DNA from: Clostridia bacterium
Lineage (GTDB): Bacteria; Bacillota; Clostridia; Christensenellales; UBA1242
Direction of reading: 5' to 3'
NCBI GenBank assembly: GCA_017467625.1
Contig: JAFUSN010000002.1
Span: 5,008-69,007, forward strand
Length of the DNA: 64,000 nt
In this document: piece after piece, positions 40,016 to 51,132 of the stretch
Numbering within the stretch: the first letter of the stretch is position 1
Layout: each line of letters starts with the position of its first letter
The notes under the pieces: generated by a model
Told to the model about the DNA's origin: nothing
Seen by the model: the letters and a program-made list of their open reading frames with translations, nothing else
Database searches by the model: none
Program-made: the position numbers and the translations under genes

Positions 40016-40912
40016 CTAAATTTTAAATTCACTGCTAGTTTTGAAGTCTGGAGTGAAGCAAGTGTTTGCGCTTGAAAATTCTTGAACAAACACATTTTTA
40101 AATTGTAGTTCATTAAGTTTATTTACCAAAATTTTATATTCAATTGGTTTAATTCTTCTGTTAATTTCGGGATAATTTTTTGCTTTAAACATTGGAACAT
40201 ATTGGCTCATTAAACTAACAATTGTTGAGTTTCCAAGATTGTCATTTATCCAATTTATAATTTTTAAACTATCATCGGTGTGCCCCGGAAGAACAAGGTG
40301 GCGAATGATGATTCCACGCTTCATCAATCCGTTTTTAATAATATCTTCAGGAATAATTTTTCGCATTTCAATAATGGATTTAGTGCAAAAATCGCTGTAA
40401 TTTTCAGCAAGAGAATATTTTTTTGCGGAATTTTTTGAATAATATTTAAAATCTGTTAAAAAAATTTCAACCATTCCTTCAAGACTTTTAATTGTTTCAG
40501 GATTTTCGTAGCCTGAGGTGTTCCACACAATTGGAATTTTTGGTTTGTAAATTTTAAGAGCTTCAACAATCTCAGCGGTGTAATGGGTGGGGGTTACAAG
40601 GTTAATGTTAAATGCGCCAGCAGATTCAAGTTCTCGAAAAATTTCAGACAGTCTTTTAATTGAAATGGTTTTGCCTTCGCCACCTGATGAAATTTCGCTG
40701 TTTTGACAATAGCAACACTTCAAATTACAATTTGAAAAAAATATGGCGCCACTTCCTATGTCTTTTTCATCTCCACTAATCAGGGGTTCTTCAAAGTGAT
40801 GAAGCATAACTTTTGAAATTTTAACAGTTCCACTTTCCGCATTGCAAAAGCCCAAAGTTTCACTTCGGTTAACACCACACTTTCTTGGACAAATGTTGCA
40901 TTTAAGTTCCAT
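40016..40912 (-). CDS. Radical SAM protein (PflX-like)
   Basis: CNICPRKC, CNLKCCYC, NINLVTPTH, IIRHLVLPG. Confidence 0.9.
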   Translation of the reverse strand: MELKCNICPRKCGVNRSETLGFCNAESGTVKISKVMLHHFEEPLISGDEKDIGSGAIFFSNCNLKCCYCQNSEISSGGEGKTISIKRLSEIFRELESAGAFNINLVTPTHYTAEIVEALKIYKPKIPIVWNTSGYENPETIKSLEGMVEIFLTDFKYYSKNSAKKYSLAENYSDFCTKSIIEMRKIIPEDIIKNGLMKRGIIIRHLVLPGHTDDSLKIINWINDNLGNSTIVSLMSQYVPMFKAKNYPEINRRIKPIEYKILVNKLNELQFKNVFVQEFSSANTCFTPDFKTSSEFKI

Positions 40913-41003
40913 AAAATCAATTATAAATAACCAATAAAAATAGTCAATTGTTTATTTTGATTGAAAAAAAAGATATATAATGATATAATTTCTATAGGTT
41001 ATT

Positions 41004-42341
41004 ATGTTAAAGAAGAATGATGAAATTGAAGTTTTAATTGAAAGACTTGGAATGAATGGTGAAGGAATTGCAACTTATGATGGCGTGGTTGTATTCGTTT
41101 TGTTCGCACTGCCTGGAGAAAGGGTGATTGCTCATATAATTAAGGATATGAAAACTTATTTCATCGCAAAAGTTGTAAAACTGTTAAATGAATCAAATTT
41201 AAGAACCGTTCCACCATGTCCTTACTTTTTTAAATGCGGTGGGTGCGACACCCAACATTTGTGCTATGAGGAGGAACTCAATTTCAAGCAAAATCTTGTA
41301 AGGGAAACAATTAAAAAATATGCTGGCATTGAAACAAATGTTGAGAAAACCATTCCTTCAAATAAACAGTTTAGGTATAGAAACAAGTTTGCATTGCCAG
41401 TAAGAGAAATTGATGGGGAAATTGAAATTGGACTTTTTAGAAAAAATAGCCATGATATAATTCCAATAAGTGATTGTTTACTTCAAAGTGAAAAAATCGC
41501 AAAAATTATAAAAATATTCAAAGAATTTATGCGAAAATCAAAAGTAACTGCATTTAATGATGAAACCAAATGTGGAATTATTAAACATGTTGTTGGGCGT
41601 GAATATGGCGACAGTATAATTTTAACAGTTGTTGTTACTGATAAAAAATTTAATAATTTTGAGTTTTTGATTAGTGAACTTAAAAAAGAATTTAAATTTT
41701 TTGGTCTATATAAAAATGTTAACACACTGAACAACAATGTTATTTTTGGAAGTGAAGATGAACATGTTTTTGGGATTAAAGAACTTGAAATTGAAGAATT
41801 TGGAATTAGGTATTTTGTTAATAACAGAAGTTTTATGCAAGTTAATGATTTTATTAAATCAAAAATTTATGAAGTTGTTTTAAATGAAACAAAAAATGCA
41901 AAAATGGTTGTTGACGCTTATAGTGGAGCAGGGCTTCTATCGTCAATAATTGCTAAAAATGGTGCGACTGTTTATGGCGTTGAAATTGTTAAAGAAGCAA
42001 CTCAAAATGCAGAAAATTTGAAAAAAATTAACAATTTAAACAATTTAAATAATATAAATGGAGATTGTGCAAAGATTATTCCAGAGCTTTCAAATAAATT
42101 TAATGATGAATTTTTTGTTGTGGTTGATCCACCAAGAAAGGGGCTTGACGAAAAGGTTGTGAAAGCTTTTATTGAAAGTAAGCCAAAAACAATTATTTAC
42201 ATTTCTTGCAATCCAGCAACGCTTGCAAGAGATTTAAAGGTGTTAATTGAAAAATATGATGTTGAATTTATAAAAACATTTGATATGTTTCCACAGACGA
42301 GCAATGTTGAAACACTTGTTAAGTTAAATTTAAGGAAATAA
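41004..42341 (+). CDS. rlmD: 23S rRNA m5U1939 methyltransferase
   Basis: TRAM domain, CPY..CGGC, SFMQVN, VDPPRKG, YISCNPATLARD, DMFPQT. Confidence 0.93.
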   Translation: MLKKNDEIEVLIERLGMNGEGIATYDGVVVFVLFALPGERVIAHIIKDMKTYFIAKVVKLLNESNLRTVPPCPYFFKCGGCDTQHLCYEEELNFKQNLVRETIKKYAGIETNVEKTIPSNKQFRYRNKFALPVREIDGEIEIGLFRKNSHDIIPISDCLLQSEKIAKIIKIFKEFMRKSKVTAFNDETKCGIIKHVVGREYGDSIILTVVVTDKKFNNFEFLISELKKEFKFFGLYKNVNTLNNNVIFGSEDEHVFGIKELEIEEFGIRYFVNNRSFMQVNDFIKSKIYEVVLNETKNAKMVVDAYSGAGLLSSIIAKNGATVYGVEIVKEATQNAENLKKINNLNNLNNINGDCAKIIPELSNKFNDEFFVVVDPPRKGLDEKVVKAFIESKPKTIIYISCNPATLARDLKVLIEKYDVEFIKTFDMFPQTSNVETLVKLNLRK

Positions 42342-42345
42342 GGTT

Positions 42346-42501
42346 ATGGAAAAAACTGCAAATAATGATGATAAAAATAAAAAAAATATAGAAAATTTAC
42401 GAAAAAATAGATTAAGAGCACAAAAGGAAAAACATAAAAAGCAATATTTTGATTTTTATGACGACATTAAAGATGGAACTCATAAAAGGGTGGATTGGTA
42501 A
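42346..42501 (+). CDS. Small protein, 51 aa (ends DFYDDIKDGTHKRVDW)
   Basis: Fills the rlmD-miaA gap; stop overlaps miaA start (TAATG). Confidence 0.6.
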   Translation: MEKTANNDDKNKKNIENLRKNRLRAQKEKHKKQYFDFYDDIKDGTHKRVDW

Positions 42502-43376
42502 TGGAAAAACTTGTAACGGTTGTGGGGCTCACTTCCTCAGGGAAAAGCACACTTGGAATTGAACTTGCAAAGTATTTTAATGGTGAAATTATTTCGGCTG
42601 ATTCAAGACAGGTTTATAAAAATTTAGACTGGTGTTCTGGAAAAGTTGATGAGTACGAAAAAAAACAGGCACCGCACCATCTTTTGGATGTTGTGGAACT
42701 TGGAAAACAATTTACTCTTTTTGATTATCAAAATTTGGCATATAAAGCGATTGATGATGTTATTTCAAGGGGAAAACTTCCAATTTTAGTTGGTGGAACG
42801 GGTCTTTATTCAAGGGCAATTGTTGAGGGATATAACTTAACTGAAACAAAAGCAGATGAAAAATTTAGGGTTGAACTTGAAAAACTTTCAAAAGAAGAGC
42901 TTATTGATAAATGCAAACAACTTCACATTGAACTTCCAAACGAAATAACTTCAAGAAGATTAATTCGCCTTATTGAAACTGCTGGAAAATTAAAAAAACC
43001 AAATCAGCCAAAATATGATGTGATTCAAATTGGAATTAGATGGAGCCGCGAAGCAATTTATGAGCGAATTAAACTTAGGCTTGAAAAGCGTATGCCAAAT
43101 ATGATTGAGGAAATTAAAAATTTGATTAGTAAAGGCGTAAGCACGGAATTTTTAATGTCGCTTGGGCTTGAAGCAAAATTTGTAACTGAATATTTCTCTG
43201 GAAAGTTTGATGGCTACGAAACTTTTTTTGAAGAACTCTTCAAAGAAGAAAGACATTTTGCAAAGCGTCAGCAAACTTGGTTTAACAAAGAGAAAAATTT
43301 AATTTGGATTGATGCTGATGAAAATTTAACAAGAAATGCAATTTATGAAATTGAAAAATTTTTAAATAAAAAATAA
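42501..43376 (+). CDS. miaA: tRNA dimethylallyltransferase
   Basis: GLTSSGKS, ISADSRQVY, VGGTGLY, AKRQQTWF. Confidence 0.96.
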   Translation: MEKLVTVVGLTSSGKSTLGIELAKYFNGEIISADSRQVYKNLDWCSGKVDEYEKKQAPHHLLDVVELGKQFTLFDYQNLAYKAIDDVISRGKLPILVGGTGLYSRAIVEGYNLTETKADEKFRVELEKLSKEELIDKCKQLHIELPNEITSRRLIRLIETAGKLKKPNQPKYDVIQIGIRWSREAIYERIKLRLEKRMPNMIEEIKNLISKGVSTEFLMSLGLEAKFVTEYFSGKFDGYETFFEELFKEERHFAKRQQTWFNKEKNLIWIDADENLTRNAIYEIEKFLNKK

Positions 43377-43445
43377 TTTAAAACAATTTAAAATGTTGGA
43401 AAAATTCAATTTAATTGATATAATGCAGTTATTTAGGAGAAAAGT

Positions 43446-44702
43446 ATGAAATATAACACAAGTCCCGTTCGTGGAACAGTTGACTATCTTCCAATTGAAA
43501 TGGAAACGATTTCATTTGCAAGGGATATAATTTTAAAAACTTATAAATCAAATGGATTTTTACAAATAAAAACACCAATTCTTGAAAATTTAGATTTGCT
43601 TACTGGTGGAGATTCTGGTGATAATCAAAAACTTATGTTTAAAACAATCAAGCGTGGTATGGCACTTGATTTAACAAAGGAAAATTTAACTGAGGCTGAT
43701 ATTGTTGAAGAGGGTCTTCGCTATGATTTAACAGTTCCTCTTGTTAGGCTTTTTGCCAATAACAGAGAAAAACTTCCAAATCCTTTTAAAGCAATTCAAA
43801 TTGATGATGTTTTTAGAGCAGAGAGACCTCAAAAGGGAAGGGTGCGTCAATTTACTCAATGTGATATTGATATTTTGGGTGACAGCAGTCCACTTGCTGA
43901 AATTGATTTGTTGACATCTGGTCTTGAAGCTTATTTAAAACTTGGATTTAGAAATATTTCGCTAAAAATTAACGATAGAAGAGTTTTGAATGAAATTATT
44001 GAAAAGTGCGGATTTGAACCTCAAGATATTGTTTCAATTTGTGTGAGTCTTGATAAGTTTGGCAAAATTGGAACCGATGGGGTGAAGACAGAACTTATTC
44101 AAAATGGTTATGATGAAAAAAAAGTTGGAAAACTTTTAAATGTTTTTGAGGAACTTAAACAAGCTTCAACCAACGCTGAAAGTTTTGATAAACTTTTGCA
44201 ATTTGGAATTTCAAATGGAGTTGTTGAAAATTTAAAGCTTATTACAACCGAAGTTCAAAAACATATCCCATCTGAATTTAAAGTTGTGTATGATGCAACA
44301 ATAATCCGTGGTCAGGGCTACTATACAGGAACAATTTATGAAGTTTATGACGATGAATTTGGAAGGGCGATTGGCGGTGGCGGAAGATATGATAAAATGG
44401 TTGAAAAAATGATTGGCGTGAGTGTTCCAGCTGTTGGATTTTCAATTGGATTTTATCCTGTTTGCATGCTTATGAATGAACGAAAATTTTCGTCTACAAA
44501 TCAAAAACTTGCGCTTGTGTTTGATAAAAACAGCAATGTTGATGAAATTTTAAATGCTAAAAATGAATTTAAAAACAAGGGATTTGATGTTTCAATATTT
44601 GAGTTTCCAAAAAACTTTAACAATTTTGCTGAAAGACTTAAGGCGAACGGATACAAAAAATTAGTTAAAATGTCTAGTTTAGATAAAATTATTGAACTTT
44701 AG
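43446..44702 (+). CDS. hisS: Histidine--tRNA ligase
   Basis: LRYDLTVP, FRAERPQKGR.RQF.QCD, YYTG, GGGRYD. Confidence 0.96.
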   Translation: MKYNTSPVRGTVDYLPIEMETISFARDIILKTYKSNGFLQIKTPILENLDLLTGGDSGDNQKLMFKTIKRGMALDLTKENLTEADIVEEGLRYDLTVPLVRLFANNREKLPNPFKAIQIDDVFRAERPQKGRVRQFTQCDIDILGDSSPLAEIDLLTSGLEAYLKLGFRNISLKINDRRVLNEIIEKCGFEPQDIVSICVSLDKFGKIGTDGVKTELIQNGYDEKKVGKLLNVFEELKQASTNAESFDKLLQFGISNGVVENLKLITTEVQKHIPSEFKVVYDATIIRGQGYYTGTIYEVYDDEFGRAIGGGGRYDKMVEKMIGVSVPAVGFSIGFYPVCMLMNERKFSSTNQKLALVFDKNSNVDEILNAKNEFKNKGFDVSIFEFPKNFNNFAERLKANGYKKLVKMSSLDKIIEL

Positions 44703-44710
44703 AGGTTGAT

Positions 44711-45301
44711 ATGAAAACAATTGTTTTAGCGTCAAGCAATGCACACAAAATTATTGAACTTGAGGAAATGATTCAGGGAGTTAAGTTGCTTTCACTTAAA
44801 GATATAAACTTTTTTGAGGATATTGATGAAACTGGAACAACAACTAATGAAAATGCTGAAATTAAGGTCCGTGCTGTTTTGGAGTTTGAAAAAAAACAGG
44901 GGCTGGCTTTTCCAGTTTTGGCTGATGATTCAGGTTTGTTTGTTAATGCGCTTGGTGGAGAACCGGGAGTTCACACTGCAAGATATGCTGTTGATCATAG
45001 TGATGAGGCAAACCGTAAAAAACTTTTATTTAATTTAAATGGAAAAGAAGACAGAACTGCATATTTTGAATGTACTCTTTGCTATGCTGATTTTAATGAA
45101 ATTCATTTTTTTACTGGAAGAACATTTGGTAAGATTTCTGAAGTTGAGAGGGGAAGCAGTGGTTTTGCTTATGACTGCTTATTTATTTCAGATGATTTAA
45201 ATAAAACTTTTGCTGAGGCCACTGCAGATGAAAAAAACAGCGTTTCGCATAGGTTTAGAGCAGTTCAAAAACTTAAGGAGTACTTAAAAAATCACGATTA
45301 A
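44711..45301 (+). CDS. rdgB: Non-canonical purine NTP pyrophosphatase (RdgB/HAM1)
   Basis: ASSNAHK, ADDSGL, EKNSVSHR. Confidence 0.95.
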   Translation: MKTIVLASSNAHKIIELEEMIQGVKLLSLKDINFFEDIDETGTTTNENAEIKVRAVLEFEKKQGLAFPVLADDSGLFVNALGGEPGVHTARYAVDHSDEANRKKLLFNLNGKEDRTAYFECTLCYADFNEIHFFTGRTFGKISEVERGSSGFAYDCLFISDDLNKTFAEATADEKNSVSHRFRAVQKLKEYLKNHD

Positions 45302-45349
45302 TCGTGGTTTTTATTTTGAAAAAAAATAGTGATAGTTTATAATCTAACT

Positions 45350-47983
45350 ATGGAAACAAGAGATAACAAGTTTAAACTATTTTGTAAAAATCATATTGAC
45401 AGCCTGATTGTTGTTGGCGTCATTTTTGTTTTATTTAACATTTTTTTCTTAATAAATGGTGCATTTCCATACGGAAATGGCACAATTTTATTTAGCGATT
45501 CATATTATCAAATTGGTGAATTTACTCAATATGTTTTCCGAGTTTTTCAAGGTAAGGAAAATTTGTTTTTTACTAATTCACTTGGTGGGAATTTTGAAGT
45601 GTTTTCAACAATTGAATACATGCTTTTAAACCCATTTTACTTGGTTACATTTTTTGGTGGATATGATCATATTTATCAAATGTTTAACATTTCGCTTGTT
45701 TTGATGTTTATGTTCAATGCACTCGTTATGATTTGGTTTACAAGAAAGCACTTTAAAAATGTTAGAACACTTTATCGTATTTTACTTACAATTTTGTTTA
45801 CCTTTTCTGCATATTTTTTGCTTAACTACGCTTTTGTTACCTGGCTCATTTATCCTGGAATTTTAATTCTCGTTATTGATGCATTTATTGAGCTTGTTAA
45901 AAATGGCAAAATTGCTAGGTTTTCAATTTTAATGACATGGTATGTTATCACAAGTTTTTCAGTTGGAATTTTTACAAATTTGATTTTGTTTTTAATTATA
46001 ACCGTTTTTGTTGGCTTTTTAATTCCCAAAAATAATAGAGGTGAAATTTTCAAGAGAGTTTTTGTTGGATATTTATTTGCGGCGATTGCTTCTGTGATTA
46101 TTTTGTTCCCATCAATAATGGCAATGATGCAAACCTCAAGAACGATTTCAACAATTGGGGCACTTGCTACTGACAAATTAATTTTCACACCGGCAACCCT
46201 CAATGGTGTGGTTATTGATTTTGTTCCGTTAATTATGTTTTTTGTATATTTATTTACATTGTTGAAAAAAGATAGAAAATCAAGTGAATTTAAATTTTTA
46301 ATTACAACTTTTGCAATTCTAATATTCCCATTGATTTTTAATTTAAGTTTAAATCTTTTAAATGGCGGGGTGTATGCTGGATTTGCAAGCAGATTTTACT
46401 TTTTGCTTGGAACAATGCTTCATTTGACAACATTTAAAATGATTGATGCCAAACAGGAAAGTAATGTTGCCACAGACTCTAATGTAAAGAGTAGTAAACC
46501 TGTTTTAATCTCTTTAACTTTAATTAGTATTATTGCGGTGATAATTGTTCTTTTTTGGATAGTTACGCAGTATGATGCACTTGGTGCAAATTCAAAATCA
46601 CCAGCATACTCCAAAATTGATATATTTAAAGTTTTTGGTTTAATATTTCTTGCGGCATTTTTGCTTTTTGCATTTGTTTCATTTATGACCAAACAAAATC
46701 AACTTAGTTTCAAAGTGTTTAAAACATTTGGTATTTGTTTAGTTGTTTTTTCAACCATATTAAATTGTTTAACATTCTCATCAAACATGACGAGTAAATA
46801 TAATTTAAGTGAAATTAAAGAAATTTCAAAGGAAATGACTCAAAACGAACGGGTTGGGATTAAAAATGGTTATCCAAATGATTTAAATTTCAACTCGGAA
46901 AATATGTATCTTTTTTCATCGTTAATTCCTAAAGTTTCCAGAGATGCATATGTTTCAATTTCAAAACAAAATTCTGTAACAGCTGTTTATAGCAAGTATT
47001 TTACCATTTTGGCAGATTCTCTTGTTGGTTTAAAATATTATGTTTATGAAGAAGAAATGAATAGACCATATTTAAATTTGATAAAAAAGACTGAGAATTA
47101 TTATTTATATGAAAATACTCTTGCTTCGTCGGGCGCGATTTTGTTTAACAGAGATTTTAAATTTGATTCAAAGCTTGGTGTTTACCAAAATTTTGAAAAA
47201 TTAAAAGAAAGTTTTGGCGTTTCAGGCGTGCTTTTTAGTGAAGTTGAACCAACGATAACTGAGCTTAAAATTGATGGATACTCTGACTATAAAGTGATTA
47301 ACATAAATTATACAGCAAGTGAAGACATTATATTATACTCAAATTTGTATGCCACAAAACCAAATGAAAAGGATGTACCAATCGAACTTAAAAAATATTC
47401 TCCAAATGTAGGGAGAATTGAGACGGAAACTGATTGTGACCTAGTTATGTTAAGTGCTGGCGAAACATACGATAAAAACATTGTTTTGCAAGATAGCGAC
47501 TACAGTAAATTAGAGTTTAATGTGCTTAATTATAATGTTGCAAAAGCTCTTTGTGAAAAATTTCAAGAAAACAGTTTGGAAATAAAAAAATCGCAAAACT
47601 TTGTTTCTGTTTCTGGCACGGTTTCTGAAAATAAAAACCTTGTGGTTTTCTATGTTGATGTGCTTGGAAATGAAATTGAACTTAACGGCACTAAAGTTGA
47701 AAATGCTGAGATTTATTCATCATTCATTTCAGCTGAACTTGAAGCAGGCGAGTTTACACTTAAGGCAACCTACACTTATCCACATTTAAAAAAGTGGATT
47801 TTTGTTGCAGCACTTGGAATTTTGGTTATTGTTGGGCTTGCAATTTGCTATAAATTTACAAAATTTAAACACATAAATGTAGTTATGCCGGGGTTATTTT
47901 ATGGCGTTTCAATTGCAATTTTGTCGATTTTTTACTTATTTGGTTTAATTTTAACTTTTTATAGAATTATACTTTTAATTTAA
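45350..47983 (+). CDS. YfhO-family polytopic membrane glycosyltransferase
   Basis: FPYG...SDSYYQ, many TM helices, large external domain; start at ATG 45350. Confidence 0.8.
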   Translation: METRDNKFKLFCKNHIDSLIVVGVIFVLFNIFFLINGAFPYGNGTILFSDSYYQIGEFTQYVFRVFQGKENLFFTNSLGGNFEVFSTIEYMLLNPFYLVTFFGGYDHIYQMFNISLVLMFMFNALVMIWFTRKHFKNVRTLYRILLTILFTFSAYFLLNYAFVTWLIYPGILILVIDAFIELVKNGKIARFSILMTWYVITSFSVGIFTNLILFLIITVFVGFLIPKNNRGEIFKRVFVGYLFAAIASVIILFPSIMAMMQTSRTISTIGALATDKLIFTPATLNGVVIDFVPLIMFFVYLFTLLKKDRKSSEFKFLITTFAILIFPLIFNLSLNLLNGGVYAGFASRFYFLLGTMLHLTTFKMIDAKQESNVATDSNVKSSKPVLISLTLISIIAVIIVLFWIVTQYDALGANSKSPAYSKIDIFKVFGLIFLAAFLLFAFVSFMTKQNQLSFKVFKTFGICLVVFSTILNCLTFSSNMTSKYNLSEIKEISKEMTQNERVGIKNGYPNDLNFNSENMYLFSSLIPKVSRDAYVSISKQNSVTAVYSKYFTILADSLVGLKYYVYEEEMNRPYLNLIKKTENYYLYENTLASSGAILFNRDFKFDSKLGVYQNFEKLKESFGVSGVLFSEVEPTITELKIDGYSDYKVININYTASEDIILYSNLYATKPNEKDVPIELKKYSPNVGRIETETDCDLVMLSAGETYDKNIVLQDSDYSKLEFNVLNYNVAKALCEKFQENSLEIKKSQNFVSVSGTVSENKNLVVFYVDVLGNEIELNGTKVENAEIYSSFISAELEAGEFTLKATYTYPHLKKWIFVAALGILVIVGLAICYKFTKFKHINVVMPGLFYGVSIAILSIFYLFGLILTFYRIILLI

Positions 47984-48224
47984 ATTCAAATGTGTTAAAA
48001 TGAATTCAACAAAAGATAAATGAATTTAGTTCAAAAGAAAATTTTTCGCTAGAGTTTCACAAATGAAAAACAAAAAGAACAAAAGAAGCGGGCGAAATAA
48101 ACTAAACAAAATAAACAAAAGATAAAAGGTGAGTTGGGGTGGCTCTGGCTGCTCCAATTTTTTTGTGCGTATTTGCTTTGGATTATAAAAATTTTGTGAT
48201 AAAATAACTTTGTGAGGTGTATAT

Positions 48225-49913
48225 ATGTCAAAACTTCTAAATGCTGCTGATGGAAATGTGCTCAAAGGGGCAAAATTTGTTAAAAATGCAAAGTTTTATA
48301 AGGATATGTTTGCGTTTTATAAAGCTTATGAAGCTATTGTTTCGGCGGACAAAGAAAAACTTCCAAATTATGTTGTTAGCACCGACGGTGAGTTTTTGCT
48401 TGATGGAATTTGTCTTTTCATTAGGAACTATGCCAGTGAATTTGATTTTGAAAGCACAAAACTCACACTAAATTATTTAAAGGTTTTGTATTACACCATT
48501 GCAAGTTATTCGGCTGATGAAAACTTGCCTGAACTTGATATAATTCAACGGGAATTTGGTGAATATTTAAAGGCGAGTGAAGAGCTTGCAATTCCAGCAA
48601 GAGATGAATATGAAAAACGGAAACAACTTGCAGATGATTGCAAAGCTAAATATGAAAAGGCAAACAATGCTTATGCCCACTATATTATTTCCGGAAAAAT
48701 ATGTAACATTTTATCAATTTTTTTGATGTGTTTTGGAATTTTTGGAGGAATGATTGCAACATCATTCTACTTTCTTGGCAAATTTGGGCTCACGCCAGCA
48801 ATTGTAACCGCTTCAATTTCGGTTTTAGTTGGTTTTGTTTTATTTTTTGTGCTTAAGTTTTTGAGTAATAGCATTGAAAAAAATTCAGGTGAAAAATTAT
48901 ACACAATTCAAAGGCAAAAAAAAGCCAAGGATGAAGCCGTTGAACTTTTTAAACAATCACTTGTGAAATATTCAAAAATTGAGTGTGAAAGATATGAATA
49001 TTCACACAACTTTGCAGTTGAATTGTCGTCTTATTATAAAAAGACATCATTTGATGAAATTTTAAAGAGGGCAAGACAATATAAACTTTTAACTTTCAAT
49101 GTAAAAAATGACATTGAAAACCTATTTCTTTCACAAGCAGGAACTAGAAATGAAATTATCAAAAGTTTAGATATGGTTAAAGCTGATATTGATTCAGATA
49201 AAATTCTTGCTGAAATTTATGGGAAAATTGTTGATAATGATTGGTTATACTTTGATTCTTCAGTTAGATTCACATTTATAAAAAAATTTATTGAATTTGC
49301 AGAAAAGAGTTTTTCATGGACTCTTTCTTTTGAGGGTAAAGGGATCAATCCATTTGGTGTGAATGTTAAAGAAATTGCCAAAGAGCGTGTTGCATATTTA
49401 AAGTCTGGAGATTCGCTTTTGGTTAGTTCAAAATTTGATGCGCTTATGAAAACTTCCCACATAAAAAACTCAAAGAAGTTTAATGTTAAAAATGTTTCAA
49501 GTGCAGATGAGCTTAGGTCAGTTAAACTTGAATATTTAAATCACTTTTTAAGTTATGCAAATCTTCAAAAATTCAACAATTTATTTTATGATACAAAAAT
49601 TGAGGGCGATGCAAGTGTGAGCGAAGAAATTGTTGAACAAAATAAAAAAATTCCAATTTCAGTTATGCTGAACATAAAAATGCTTGAGTTTAAGCTGGGG
49701 CTTGAAAACAGTGATTTCCAACTCATCAATAAAATTGCAGAAGATATTGAAAAAAGAGCGGTTGGAAAAATGGTTAACATTGCTGGTTCAAGATATGATA
49801 TGTTAAAAACTGAGAACGATTTGCGAGATAACTTAATTAAAAGCATTGAAGATTTTGGTGATTACATAAAATATTGGGTTGGCGAGAATTGTTATGTGGC
49901 ATATAAATTTTAA
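48225..49913 (+). CDS. Hypothetical membrane protein (2 TM, helical)
   Basis: 562 aa, GAGGTG RBS, terminator at 49918-49941. Confidence 0.8.
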   Translation: MSKLLNAADGNVLKGAKFVKNAKFYKDMFAFYKAYEAIVSADKEKLPNYVVSTDGEFLLDGICLFIRNYASEFDFESTKLTLNYLKVLYYTIASYSADENLPELDIIQREFGEYLKASEELAIPARDEYEKRKQLADDCKAKYEKANNAYAHYIISGKICNILSIFLMCFGIFGGMIATSFYFLGKFGLTPAIVTASISVLVGFVLFFVLKFLSNSIEKNSGEKLYTIQRQKKAKDEAVELFKQSLVKYSKIECERYEYSHNFAVELSSYYKKTSFDEILKRARQYKLLTFNVKNDIENLFLSQAGTRNEIIKSLDMVKADIDSDKILAEIYGKIVDNDWLYFDSSVRFTFIKKFIEFAEKSFSWTLSFEGKGINPFGVNVKEIAKERVAYLKSGDSLLVSSKFDALMKTSHIKNSKKFNVKNVSSADELRSVKLEYLNHFLSYANLQKFNNLFYDTKIEGDASVSEEIVEQNKKIPISVMLNIKMLEFKLGLENSDFQLINKIAEDIEKRAVGKMVNIAGSRYDMLKTENDLRDNLIKSIEDFGDYIKYWVGENCYVAYKF

Positions 49914-50010
49914 AATAAAGCAAGAGAATTCTTGCTTTTTTATTTGTGCTTAAATTCAAGTTGCATTTTTGACAGTTTGAATTTATAATTGATTAAGTAA
50001 GGAGAAAGTT

Positions 50011-51121
50011 ATGTTTGATGTTAATGAACTTAAACTTTTAGAAGAAAGTGCAATTCAAACTATTCACTGTCTTTGACAAGGAAGGGCTTGAATTAAAATT
50101 AAAAGAACTTGAAAAGGAAGAACAAAATCCTGAAATTTATAAAGATTTTGAAAAAATGAAACAGGTTGGTGTTCAAAAAAAATCGGTTACCTTAATTCTT
50201 GAAAAAATTAACGGTGTTAACGGTGAACTTCAAGATTTAAAGGAAATGTATGAACTTCTAGAGAGCGAAAATGCGAGCGAAGATGAGTGGAAGGTGTTTG
50301 AAAAAGATGTAAAAAAACTATCAAAAGAAATAGATTCACTTTACATTGAAACGCTTTATTCTGGTGAAAATGATATGTGTTCTGCGCTTGTTGAGCTTCA
50401 CTCAGGTGCTGGTGGTGAAGAGGCACAAGATTGGACGGATATGCTTCACCGAATGTATTTAAGGTATGCAGAAAAACAAGGTTATTCGGCAAAGGTTGTA
50501 AACTATTTGTATGGTGACGGCGCTGGATATAAGTCCGTTACGCTTTTAATTGAAGGCGAACATGCTTATGGAAATTTAAAGTGCGAAAGGGGTGTTCATA
50601 GGCTTGTTAGAATTTCACCATTTGACGCAAATAAGCGCAGGCACACATCGTTTGCAAGTGTTGAAGTTTCACCGATTATTGAAGAAACAAATTCAATTGA
50701 AATTCGACCTGAAGACATAAAAGTTGACACTTTTAGAAGCGGAGGTGCTGGTGGTCAACATATAAACAAAACTGAATCTGCCGTCCGCATTACTCACATC
50801 CCAACTGGAATTATTGTTGCTTGTCAAAATGAAAGAAGTCAAACGCAAAACAAAGAGTTTGCAATGAAAATGCTTTATGCAAAGCTTGCTGAAAAAAGAG
50901 AGCGTGAAAAGGAGGCTGAAAGACAGGCAAAACTTGGACTTCAAATGAAAATTGAGTGGGGAAGTCAAATTAGATCGTATGTGCTTTGCCCATACACAAT
51001 GGTAAAGGACCATAGAACCAATTTTGAGGTTGGGGATGCTGATGCGGTGCTTGATGGAGAAATTCAGCCATTTATCAATGCAAAATTGAAATTTGATAAA
51101 TCAAATGAAAAGTTGAATTAA
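50011..51121 (+). CDS. prfB: Peptide chain release factor 2 with programmed +1 frameshift
   Basis: ATG 50011 with AGGAG RBS; in-frame CTT-TGA-C at 50071-50077; SPF and GGQ motifs in +1 frame. Confidence 0.96.
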
Positions 51122-51132
51122 AGAGGAAAATA

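Noticed and set aside
50048-51121. prfB as a broken pseudogene or GTG-start gene
   Set aside because: Upstream ATG with RBS and an in-frame CTT-TGA-C indicate the programmed frameshift
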